From: a virus
Taxonomy: Duplodnaviria > Caudoviricetes
IMG/VR virus record: IMGVR_UViG_3300028145_000042
Location: 1 to 26,563 of that record
DNA: 26,563 nucleotides
Strand: one strand, 5' to 3'
The notes beneath the pieces were generated by a model. The model did no database searches and had not been told where the DNA came from. It saw nothing but the letters and a program-made list of their open reading frames with translations. Shown here piece by piece: positions 18,909 through 25,860 of the stretch. Position 1 is the first letter of the stretch, and each line of letters begins with the position of its first letter. The translations under genes and the position numbers were made by a program.

Positions 18909-19105
18909 ACAATAAGCAAGCGGTCAAGTCAGCAACGACATTAAACACGGCAGGATATACTGTGGCGACTTTACCTGCTGGAGTTCAAGGTGCTTGCGCC
19001 TATTGCACAGATTTGCTGCTCCCCGCTTTCCTTGCCGTGGCCGTAGGAGGTGGGGCTGTAGTTGGGAAAGTTTTTTACGATGGGACAAATTGGGTGACTG
19101 ATTAG
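18896..19105 (+). CDS. C-terminal domain of the tail fibre in the -1 frame (no own start)
   Basis: Reads GIRVNNKQAVKSATTLNTAGYTVATLPAGVQGACAYCTDLLLPAFLAVAVGGGAVVGKVFYDGTNWVTD*. YTVATLP...GGG...YDGTNW is a common fibre C-terminus, and the stop overlaps the next gene's RBS (TAGGAG). Confidence 0.7.
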   Translation, partial: GIRVNNKQAVKSATTLNTAGYTVATLPAGVQGACAYCTDLLLPAFLAVAVGGGAVVGKVFYDGTNWVTD

Positions 19106-19114
19106 GAGAAAAGA

Positions 19115-19528
19115 ATGGCATTTGAAAAAGTAGATCGTCCTTACGAATTTCTGGTGCGCTGGCGTGATGGTAAGATTTCTGGCGCTCATGTTGGCTATGA
19201 GACTGGATTCATTGATGAGAACGGGAAAGGCGAGTTTGTTCCCGGCAAAGTTCAGCCTGTTGCTATAGGAGATGCTAAAGGCTTTCCGCTTAAAACCATA
19301 CTCGAAGCAATACACATAGATGCATTGGCTGGCAGGGATGAGGCTTTAGAGGCACAGAAAGCCGCCGAACAATCCTCTACTGAAGCCCAAGCCAAAGTAA
19401 CCGAAATGCTGGCCGCCGTGGATGCCGCACTCGGACAATTGAACACTCAGGTCGAATCGCTCAACGCGGTGAAGGCAAAGTTTGCGCCTGTTCAATCGGT
19501 AGATGCTGTGGCCGCAAAGGTTCCCTAA
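19115..19528 (+). CDS. Hypothetical protein after the fibre (possible fibre chaperone), C-terminal coiled coil
   Basis: AGGAG RBS; position; helical Ala/Gln-rich tail. Confidence 0.55.
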   Translation: MAFEKVDRPYEFLVRWRDGKISGAHVGYETGFIDENGKGEFVPGKVQPVAIGDAKGFPLKTILEAIHIDALAGRDEALEAQKAAEQSSTEAQAKVTEMLAAVDAALGQLNTQVESLNAVKAKFAPVQSVDAVAAKVP

Positions 19529-19549
19529 CAACCAATAAGAAAGGCGATT

Positions 19550-19870
19550 ATGGACGGCCAAGAAGAACAAGTTGAACTGAGCGGCCCCGGTGGGATGGGG
19601 CTTAAATTCAAGGGGCAAAGCCAGATGTTGCTTACTGTCTTGCTCATGTGCGCGCTTGCTGGCGGACTGTGGTATGTAATAAACGGCCACGCTGCGGAGT
19701 CTAAGAGCGGCATGTCTGAGAATACCGCCGCACTTAAAGCACTAACCGCCGAAGTCAAAAGTCAGGGCGATACGATGAAGGCTGTTATCTACGTTCTGAC
19801 CCTACCTGAAAAGGAACGCGCCAAGCTGGATTTGCAGAAGCCTGAGAAACTGAAGGAGATGCAGCGATAA
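19550..19870 (+). CDS. Putative holin-like membrane protein (single TM plus coiled coil)
   Basis: Hydrophobic MLLTVLLMCALAGGLWYVI segment; immediately upstream of the endolysin (TAATG). Confidence 0.45.
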   Translation: MDGQEEQVELSGPGGMGLKFKGQSQMLLTVLLMCALAGGLWYVINGHAAESKSGMSENTAALKALTAEVKSQGDTMKAVIYVLTLPEKERAKLDLQKPEKLKEMQR

Positions 19871-20343
19871 TGGCCCGGATCACTGAAACCCCGAACGTAA
19901 CCGCCTTCCTCGACATGATAGCCGTGAGCGAGATTGGGAAACCCCTGCTTGCCCATTCGGACGACGGGTATAACGTGCTGGTCGGCTCAACCCCTTCCAA
20001 ACCGCTATTATTCGATGATTACAGCACGCACCCGAATATCCTGAACCGTGCTACCAATTCTACCGCTGCGGGGCGCTATCAGCTTCTACACCGTTATTTC
20101 AAGCCATACCGTGACCAATTGGGACTCCCCGACTTCGGCCCGGAGTCCCAAGACGCTATTGCGGTGCAGCAAATAAAGGAAAGCCATGCTTACGGGTTGG
20201 TGGTGGCTGGACAGTTTGACGCTGCGGTAGCTAAGTGCAATCACATTTGGGCATCACTACCGGGCGCGGGATATGGACAGCATACGAACGACTTGGTGGC
20301 ACTTAGGGACGCATATCTTGATGCGGGAGGGTCGGTAGCGTGA
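19870..20343 (+). CDS. R: Endolysin, lambda R-type lytic transglycosylase
   Basis: AFLDMIAVSE, STAAGRYQ, DFGPESQD and WASLPGAGYGQ motifs. Confidence 0.92.
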   Translation: MARITETPNVTAFLDMIAVSEIGKPLLAHSDDGYNVLVGSTPSKPLLFDDYSTHPNILNRATNSTAAGRYQLLHRYFKPYRDQLGLPDFGPESQDAIAVQQIKESHAYGLVVAGQFDAAVAKCNHIWASLPGAGYGQHTNDLVALRDAYLDAGGSVA

Positions 20344-20477
20344 TATTTAGATTCTTGCACTGGATGCGTATCTATAAAAAGCGTGGTGCTGCGACAGTCC
20401 CATTCTGGCCGTGGTTCAAATGGACGTTATCAGGAGAGATTGACGATAGCCACTGTTATTGGAGGGCAAGAAAATGA
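20340..20477 (+). CDS. 45-aa Trp-rich cationic peptide in the lysis cassette
   Basis: MIFRFLHWMRIYKKRGAATVPFWPWFKWTLSGEIDDSHCYWRARK; GTGA overlap with the endolysin stop and ATGA overlap with the Rz start. Confidence 0.55.
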   Translation: MIFRFLHWMRIYKKRGAATVPFWPWFKWTLSGEIDDSHCYWRARK

Positions 20478-20935
20478 ACCCGATAACCCGATTGGAAATA
20501 TACGCTGGCATCGGCGTAATCTTGATGGCGGTAATGCTCGGCGCTTATCTCAAGGGCCGCTCAGACGGGGCCGAAAAGGTGCAACTGAAGTTCGATGCGT
20601 TCGTTTCCGAAACCAAGGCGCTAGGCATGAAAGCCGAAGCCGACAAAGCCAAAAAGGAGCAAGCCGATGCTGCCAAAATCGCTACTGCCGTTACTACTCG
20701 TGATGCTGCTCTTGCCAGCCTGCGCGTCGCCCAAAGTCGTGCCCGTTCAGGTTTCGTGCCCAACAGTACCGCCGGTTCCAAAGACTCTGGAAACGTCTGT
20801 TATGACCGCCCAACCCTTGACGCCGCGTTACGAAAACTTGATACAGGAGTTTCGAACCTCGTTACAGAAGGCGATGCGGCAATGATTAACGGACGGGCGC
20901 TACTCAGTTCGTGGCCTAGCGCAATACCCAAGTAA
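20474..20935 (+). CDS. Rz: Inner-membrane spanin
   Basis: N-terminal TM, Ala/Lys-rich coiled coil and a C-terminal Cys; GGAGG RBS before ATG 20474. Confidence 0.75.
   Translation: MNPITRLEIYAGIGVILMAVMLGAYLKGRSDGAEKVQLKFDAFVSETKALGMKAEADKAKKEQADAAKIATAVTTRDAALASLRVAQSRARSGFVPNSTAGSKDSGNVCYDRPTLDAALRKLDTGVSNLVTEGDAAMINGRALLSSWPSAIPK
20667..20885 (+). CDS. Rz1: Outer-membrane lipoprotein spanin embedded in Rz (+1 frame)
   Basis: Signal peptide with lipobox LPAC; Pro-rich mature part with a second Cys; AAGGAG RBS. Confidence 0.8.
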   Translation: MLPKSLLPLLLVMLLLPACASPKVVPVQVSCPTVPPVPKTLETSVMTAQPLTPRYENLIQEFRTSLQKAMRQ

Positions 20936-20936
20936 T

Positions 20937-21080
20937 TGGTGCGTTCGGCAGGATTCGAACCTGCAATATGTGCGTCCGCGTCATCTGCCCTAACCTACCG
21001 CACGCTCGGTTAGGGTTCCTCCGATAACGTTGCACGCCATCGGTCATTCTCGGAATGTCTACCATTTCCACCACGAACGC
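20937..21080 (-). ncRNA. 144-nt tRNA-like RNA (Leu-type D arm, T arm, CCA) with no canonical anticodon arm
   Basis: Acceptor stem GCGTTCG/CGAACGC plus A-CCA; D region TGGTGGAAATGGTAGACAT; T arm GCAGG-TTCGAAT-CCTGC. The central region holds two extra hairpins. Confidence 0.75.
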
Positions 21081-21087
21081 AATGAAC

Positions 21088-21096
21088 ATTATATCA
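21088..21096 (-). promoter_or_regulatory. Extended -10 promoter (TGaTATAAT) for the tRNA-like RNA
   Basis: Minus strand reads TGATATAAT, a 7-nt spacer, then G21080, the first base of the acceptor stem. Confidence 0.55.
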
Positions 21097-21139
21097 AAAA
21101 GGTGGGCGACCAGCATATCAGGGAGGTAATATGCTGGTC
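21096..21139 (-). terminator. 11-bp perfect hairpin, possible terminator of the leftward early operon
   Basis: GACCAGCATAT (21108-21118) / ATATGCTGGTC (21129-21139) with a 10-nt loop. T5 follows 7 nt later on the minus strand (spacing non-canonical), right after the stop of the last early gene. Confidence 0.4.
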
Positions 21140-21785
21140 ACGGTACGGGGATACCGTTTGCCCGTTGTTCAGTCTTGCGGCTTGCGATTGAGAGGGCTTC
21201 AGCTACCGCGTCCGCAATGGCGAAATTAAGATTTGGAAACTCCCCATTATTTTGCTTCAGCCACCATTGCTCGGCATGAGAAATTGCAATTTCCTCAATC
21301 TGTTCCTCACTCGCCGCCCCGCGAGATTCGGCGGCTTCTTTAAGCATTTCATCACAGTTCTTTAGACGCACATTGAGGCGCTTATTTTCGATTGTTGCTG
21401 CCTCCAACTGCGCCAACGCGCTTGTCAGTGCGGAGCGGAGAGTGTCGTAATCAATTTTTACTTTACCCGCTCCTTTGCAGATATGGCATGTCTGGAGAGT
21501 TTTTCTTGCATTATCAACAAAGCTAGTAACAGCAACTTTTCCTTCTCCCCTACATGCGTTGCAGATTGGCTCCTCCGGCATCTTCACATCCGCAGTCATT
21601 GATGAGAGGCGGGCGGCGGCTTCTGCTGACACTTTTCCAAACTCTTGCAGAGTTGGAGCATCATTACGATGTTCGCAAATAGCAGAAATCTCTAGCAGTC
21701 GCTTAATAAGTTCGGCATCGTTCATGGCCCGCGCTTTGCCGCGAATCTTGTCTAGTTCTTGTTCGTGCTGCTCAACGGTTTTCAT
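21138..21785 (-). CDS. Hypothetical protein with DnaJ-type zinc-finger repeats and coiled coil
   Basis: CNACRGEG and CHICKGAG (CxxCxGxG) motifs; ATGA coupling. Confidence 0.6.
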   Translation of the reverse strand: MKTVEQHEQELDKIRGKARAMNDAELIKRLLEISAICEHRNDAPTLQEFGKVSAEAAARLSSMTADVKMPEEPICNACRGEGKVAVTSFVDNARKTLQTCHICKGAGKVKIDYDTLRSALTSALAQLEAATIENKRLNVRLKNCDEMLKEAAESRGAASEEQIEEIAISHAEQWWLKQNNGEFPNLNFAIADAVAEALSIASRKTEQRANGIPVP

Positions 21786-21988
21786 ACTGATTTTCTCCTG
21801 TCAATCCGAGAAGGGCGGCGGTCTCTCTTTCGCTTGTTCTTTCTTACAGCGACGCATCGAAAATCATGGACGTAGACTACTGTTTCTGCGCCCGGATACA
21901 GGCATACAGACTCTCCGCCCTCTATATCAATAACAACAAAATCTCCGTTCTCTCCTTCTTCATTCTTTAACTTTATCCGGACTGTCAC
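21782..21988 (-). CDS. Hypothetical protein (68 aa)
   Basis: Coupled overlaps on both sides; basic C-terminus. Confidence 0.5.
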   Translation of the reverse strand: MTVRIKLKNEEGENGDFVVIDIEGGESVCLYPGAETVVYVHDFRCVAVRKNKRKRDRRPSRIDRRKSV

Positions 21989-22530
21989 GAATTTCCTTTC
22001 GCTGCGTCACGAATTGTTTTTGCAGCAGCAGCAAGCAATGGATGATTTGTTGGCTCAAGCAACTTGGCGCACCGTTCGTAAGCCTCCACCAGAGCGCGAT
22101 TGGCGGCGGAGAGTTCTTGCAGAGTATATTCATATTCATCTGCAACACTGTGTAGCCCGTGCGAGCGCAGAAGTTTAATCTGCAACTGTTGCAATGTGGG
22201 GCATGTCGTCCCCTCCGCTGGCGAAGATGGCGGGGGGGGCGTATTGCAATCCATGTGGGCAACTCTAGTTCCAGATGGGAGATATTTGAAATACTGCCCG
22301 ACTTTAATTTCCTGATCGCAATAGGCGCAAGCGGGCAGAACCGCCTGCTGCTCGACAGCGGGGGCGGCATACAAAGGATAAAGCGGCTTCCATGCATTAG
22401 GATATGGGGGACTCTCTGGATTCATTTCATGCAACGCCCTAGCGCATGGCTTAATATTGTCCCCAAGCGGGTCTTTACCGATGTATTCCCACATCCAAGC
22501 AATCGGCACCATCACATTCGGCTCAGTCAT
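21985..22530 (-). CDS. Hypothetical phage early protein
   Basis: PIAWMW...PLYAAP motif common in phage accessory proteins and a CAYC...H.DC zinc site. Start moved to ATG 22530 after AAGG. Confidence 0.55.
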   Translation of the reverse strand: MTEPNVMVPIAWMWEYIGKDPLGDNIKPCARALHEMNPESPPYPNAWKPLYPLYAAPAVEQQAVLPACAYCDQEIKVGQYFKYLPSGTRVAHMDCNTPPPPSSPAEGTTCPTLQQLQIKLLRSHGLHSVADEYEYTLQELSAANRALVEAYERCAKLLEPTNHPLLAAAAKTIRDAAKGNS

Positions 22531-22531
22531 A

Positions 22532-22690
22532 TCAACCTTTCTTGCGGGCGGCTGCACAGGCTTCAAATAAATAATCCTGTGCGTTTCTGAAGTTAATCAA
22601 CGCTCGGCCGGTTCCAGTCCTTCTCAATGTTTGTCTGCGGTAATAAAAATTCATAGCCGCCTCAAACACGCGCTTCTGTGCTTTGGTCAT
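22532..22690 (-). CDS. Hypothetical protein (52 aa, not in the ORF track)
   Basis: MTKAQKRVFEAAMNFYYRRQTLRRTGTGRALINFRNAQDYLFEACAAARKKG; fills the gap exactly with an ATGA overlap. Confidence 0.5.
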   Translation of the reverse strand: MTKAQKRVFEAAMNFYYRRQTLRRTGTGRALINFRNAQDYLFEACAAARKKG

Positions 22691-22857
22691 ATCCCGCTCC
22701 TGAACGAATTACAAATCGCCCGATAGCACCTTGCTGCCGTCACCGGACTTTCCATCGCAACAGTAACCGCCATCTTCTTCGACTCAGCCGACAGTTTGTA
22801 GTGCTTGCAAACGAAGTCCATGTCGGAGCGCAGTTGCTTTAGGTTGGGGCGTTTCAT
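22687..22857 (-). CDS. Hypothetical protein (56 aa)
   Basis: ATG 22857 overlaps the upstream TGA. Confidence 0.5.
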   Translation of the reverse strand: MKRPNLKQLRSDMDFVCKHYKLSAESKKMAVTVAMESPVTAARCYRAICNSFRSGI

Positions 22858-23159
22858 TTGACCGTTATCCTTTCGTTTGTCCACATCCAAAGGATGTATT
22901 GCTCGAAGGCTCGTTGCCAGATTTCATCTTGTACTTCTCGGCTAAGTTGACTCCCGTAATCGAATACAGAATGGCATTCGTTACAGCTAGGAACGGCAAA
23001 ACAATCATCAGACTTATGACCAGCACCGCGGCCATGCCGAAGCCTATTAGAATGAGCAGGGACACTAGGATTGACGCCGGAACAGCAAATATTCTGGATG
23101 CGAAGAAAGCATGGGGCGTCATGGGCTATGTCCAGTAGTTTACGGTTTCGGTAGGTCAC
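22854..23159 (-). CDS. DUF1364/YbcO-like zinc-binding HNH-type nuclease
   Basis: PC.LRI..IC...V.AH......G.G.KSDD...V..C.ECH..FD motif. Confidence 0.75.
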   Translation of the reverse strand: MTYRNRKLLDIAHDAPCFLRIQNICCSGVNPSVPAHSNRLRHGRGAGHKSDDCFAVPSCNECHSVFDYGSQLSREVQDEIWQRAFEQYILWMWTNERITVK

Positions 23160-23476
23160 AATTTCCCACGCTCATTCGCTGACTGAGTTTGCCAAGCCTG
23201 TATTTTCGCTTCAGCAGCCACCCGCAGGAATCGCAGATGTTCGTCGGCCTCGATTGCTGTGCGGATGCAGTCCAGATGCGCTCTGTAACGCTTGTCGTCG
23301 TAGGCTATGGCTTCCTGTGCTCCCAAGGATTCGTCCTTATGCTCGCGCATGATTTGGCCTTTAAGCACCTTCCTGAATTCCTCAAGGTAGGCGCGTTCGG
23401 CGCGAGCTTTGGCGGCTTTCAATGCCGTATCCCGAAGCCAGTCGATTGCCTTTTGAACGTCGTCGTCAGTAATCAT
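23156..23476 (-). CDS. Conserved helical phage protein in the recombination module
   Basis: YLEEFRK...AQE..AY....Y...W.T.SANER pattern; adjacent to the SSB-like gene and ERF. Confidence 0.55.
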   Translation of the reverse strand: MITDDDVQKAIDWLRDTALKAAKARAERAYLEEFRKVLKGQIMREHKDESLGAQEAIAYDDKRYRAHLDCIRTAIEADEHLRFLRVAAEAKIQAWQTQSANERGKL

Positions 23477-23748
23477 CAGAATGGCATGGAATCGTCGTCG
23501 TCAAAATCCGGGCCGCTGTGCTTGCACGGTTCTGGCGGTGGTTTGTCGTCCCGATCTGCGCGGGCGGCTTTGGGCTTGAACGTGCATGAAAGGAAATCTC
23601 CCTTTGCCCCTTTCTTCGTCCATGCCGCGACCTCGATAGGCTTCCCGTCCAAGTCCTTTCCTTCGCCCTTGTAGTCAGGGTGATTGCCGGCTTTCTTGTG
23701 TTCGTTTCTGAACAGGCTGAACGACCCCGGCTTATGCTCGAAAGCCAT
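23476..23748 (-). CDS. Small ssDNA-binding protein (DUF736-like) with acidic SSB-type tail
   Basis: HPDYKG, AAWTK and FLS motifs; C-terminus DDDDSMPF. Confidence 0.6.
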   Translation of the reverse strand: MAFEHKPGSFSLFRNEHKKAGNHPDYKGEGKDLDGKPIEVAAWTKKGAKGDFLSCTFKPKAARADRDDKPPPEPCKHSGPDFDDDDSMPF

Positions 23749-24383
23749 TATTTCTTCCCTTCGCGGTGTTTGGTCATTGCAGACCGTTCCTTGCTATCGA
23801 ACCTGCTCCATAAGGCGACCTTGGAATCGGCGTCCAAATGGGCTTCGTCAATCGCGGTTATGGCGACCTCCATGTTCCCGTCCTTCAGGTGTCCTTTGAC
23901 CACCAGCGCCAAATCCGTAAGCTGATGCCGCTGTTTCTCAGTCAAAGCCTCCCATGCACCCGCTGTCGGGGTAATCGCTTCCTTGGTAGGTTTGTGCGTT
24001 GCAGCATTGGCGTCGTCGTCCACATCCCCCACAACCCCGCAGATCGCCATTAGAGCGTAGCGGCGGGCGTAGGTGATGGCAGAGCCATACCCTTGGGCGT
24101 CCTTCTTCGTGGCGGGCATATAGAACGCGCTGGAGAGCCATTGCCCTGACTGGTGGACAAGCACTGTTTCGCAGACAATGCCGTCTGGTTCGTGGCTGAG
24201 TAGCTGAGTCACAGCCAAGCCCTGTTCGGCAAGGATGGGGGTGACGGTATCCCTGACCCCGCACAGGCTGGCGTATTGGTTCTTGAAGAACGGGTTTTCG
24301 CTGTCCAAGGGCGGGTTTTTCATCTTCAACTGCGCTTTGACGAGCGAGGCGCACAAGGCGTCTATGTTCTCAGACTTTTGCAT
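23748..24383 (-). CDS. erf: ERF family single-strand annealing protein
   Basis: NPFFK.QYA.L, H.SGQW and QGYGSAITYARRYAL...DDDAN motifs. Confidence 0.9.
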   Translation of the reverse strand: MQKSENIDALCASLVKAQLKMKNPPLDSENPFFKNQYASLCGVRDTVTPILAEQGLAVTQLLSHEPDGIVCETVLVHQSGQWLSSAFYMPATKKDAQGYGSAITYARRYALMAICGVVGDVDDDANAATHKPTKEAITPTAGAWEALTEKQRHQLTDLALVVKGHLKDGNMEVAITAIDEAHLDADSKVALWSRFDSKERSAMTKHREGKK

Positions 24384-24555
24384 GTTTGCTCCCTAAAAAT
24401 TCATCGAATCTGTGATAGCTTTCAATCAGTTCAACGAGCCTGTCTCCATTCCAGACCATTTCGTTTCTGCACAGCTAGTCGGAGTAGGCCTCATACATTT
24501 CCTCGTTTTGCGACAAATCTGGATAGTCGTCAAATTGATCTTCGTCTTGCTGCAT
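24370..24555 (-). pseudogene. Small acidic phage protein interrupted by an in-frame TAG
   Basis: AAAGGA RBS; MQQDEDQFDDYPDLSQNEEMYEAYSD*LCRNEMVWNGDRLVELIESYHRFDEFLGSKHAKV, with TAG at 24477-24475. Confidence 0.45.
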
Positions 24556-24569
24556 ATGCTGTCCTTTAT

Positions 24570-24863
24570 TCAAAATTCATCCAAAGGTGACTTAGCTGGA
24601 GGGGAAGATAATTTATTGGGCGGTTGAAGCGATGAAGATACCGGCTCTCCGGGCAGAATGTCGCCAAGTTTCAGGTTGATTCCGTCAGTGGTTATTGGCC
24701 GTTTTCTCCGCTTGATAGCCATCACGATTCCGCATGTATCACATGCCTTATGGTCGCCAGCAATGAACGATACTTGCGACGCTGGAATGTATGACCTTTC
24801 GCCCTTACGAAGTTTGCGCCACTTATGCTTGCCGCGAAGCCAGCAGATTAGTCTGAATATCAT
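24570..24863 (-). CDS. Hypothetical protein (LIC...HKW...CxxC, DUF1660-like)
   Basis: Start moved to ATG 24863 (ATGA overlap). Confidence 0.5.
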   Translation of the reverse strand: MIFRLICWLRGKHKWRKLRKGERSYIPASQVSFIAGDHKACDTCGIVMAIKRRKRPITTDGINLKLGDILPGEPVSSSLQPPNKLSSPPAKSPLDEF

Positions 24864-25117
24864 TTGTGGCCCTTCTGCCCGTATTCGGGTTTCCACAAGC
24901 CGACACAGAATTTCCTGTCTGTCAAAGCGTCCAAGTGAGGCAATGCCATAAATTCCTTGTCGTGTTCCCTGCATGAGCCAGCAGTAACCCCGAATGCGCC
25001 CTCTGGCGTAATCTTCAGAACATAGGCAGTCCATACCGCAACGGGCGTCTGTTTTCCTTGGTCTGCACAGATTAGGCAATTTTCAATGTCGCCACCGTTA
25101 TACATATCGATTTTCAT
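24860..25117 (-). CDS. Hypothetical protein (85 aa, Cys/His motifs)
   Basis: GAAAGG RBS; CLIC...C.EH motif. Confidence 0.55.
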   Translation of the reverse strand: MKIDMYNGGDIENCLICADQGKQTPVAVWTAYVLKITPEGAFGVTAGSCREHDKEFMALPHLDALTDRKFCVGLWKPEYGQKGHK

Positions 25118-25138
25118 CTGTCATTACCTTTCAATATT

Positions 25139-25342
25139 TCAGAGGGTTTGCATCCAAGCGTCTAATTCCATCGGCGTTTTCCATCTGCAATTCGGCCCGT
25201 ATCCGTGAGCAACTTTTCCTTGTTCGTGGCAGTCTATGCAATGGGATGCCGGTGGACTGATTTCAGCACGACCACTCGCAGGAGCAAGCCAGAACTGAAT
25301 CAGCGGTTTCAACTTCAAGCAAGTTAAGCAACGCCGGTACAA
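25139..25342 (-). CDS. Small zinc-finger protein
   Basis: CLTC...K...F...CIDC motif; GGAGG lies 5 nt before TTG 25342. Confidence 0.5.
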   Translation of the reverse strand: MYRRCLTCLKLKPLIQFWLAPASGRAEISPPASHCIDCHEQGKVAHGYGPNCRWKTPMELDAWMQTL

Positions 25343-25379
25343 CTGAACCTCCGAAAAAGAAAGCGAAGGAAACCTCAAA

Positions 25380-25655
25380 CCCCCCTTACCCCCCTTGCAT
25401 TTGCAAAGAGGGAGTTACCGGTCAACAGCCGGAAAGCCCAAAGGAAGGGAAAGAAAAAGGCAGAATGACCTCCGCGCACTCGGTCTTTTTCTCTACCGAC
25501 CACGCGCAAAGAAAAGGCCGATGTAGGCTGCACCGTGATATTGGAAACCTTTGGGCGGCAAGGAGGGCGCGTTCGGGTTACCACGGCACAGGCTAGATCG
25601 GCCTGTATCTCCTTGCTACATACTCGGCTTCCATACCGAGGCGCTTCTAAGCGCG
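25380..25655. other. Densely structured, probably non-coding segment (nested inverted repeats)
   Basis: Stems at 25436-44/25548-56, 25480-89/25512-21, 25558-65/25609-16, 25588-93/25601-06, 25623-27/25636-40 and 25641-46/25649-54. Confidence 0.45.
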
Positions 25656-25685
25656 ACCATATTTTGAACAAGTCAGGATTCATTG

Positions 25686-25859
25686 TCAATAGCTCCCGCT
25701 CCCGCTCCAGCTCCCGCTCCTGCTCCCGCTCCTGCTCCCGCTCCCGCTCCCGCTCCCGCTCCAGCTCCCGCTCCCGCTCCCGCTCCCGCTCCCGCTCCTG
25801 CTCCCGCTCCTGCTCCCGCTCCCGCGCCGGTAACGCGATCTGCAAGTGTTGATGTTCAT
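25686..25859 (-). CDS. 57-aa (G/R/W)S dipeptide-repeat peptide
   Basis: ATG 1 nt after the upstream gene's TAA; MNINTCRSRYRR-(GS/RS/WS)x22-Y*. Confidence 0.5.
   Translation of the reverse strand: MNINTCRSRYRRGSGSRSGSRSGSGSGSGSGSWSGSGSGSGSRSGSRSGSWSGSGSY
25692..25823. repeat. Tandem hexamer repeat GCTCC(C/T/A) x22
   Basis: Directly visible; only one position of the unit varies. Confidence 0.97.
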
Positions 25860-25860
25860 G

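Noticed and set aside
929-20781. Numerous antisense and alternate-frame ORFs over the late operon (e.g. 1332..2024 -, 5827..6300 -, 8678..9097 -, 20383..20703 +)
   Set aside because: They are shadows of well-supported genes with no motifs or RBS. Only Rz1 has independent support (lipobox, RBS).
20937-21080. tmRNA, ordinary tRNA-Leu/Ser, or attP fragment
   Set aside because: It has no G3-U70 alanine identity or tag ORF and is too short for tmRNA. There is no 7-nt anticodon loop with U33. Both halves pair perfectly and no integrase is in view, unlike a typical att 3' fragment (not fully excluded).
20916-21116. 66-aa minus-strand ORF across the tRNA-like element
   Set aside because: No RBS or protein-like features; the sequence is better explained by RNA structure and promoter.
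25692-25823. Possible CRISPR array or DGR repeat
   Set aside because: It is a simple 6-bp tandem repeat with no spacers, and no cas or reverse transcriptase gene is in the window.
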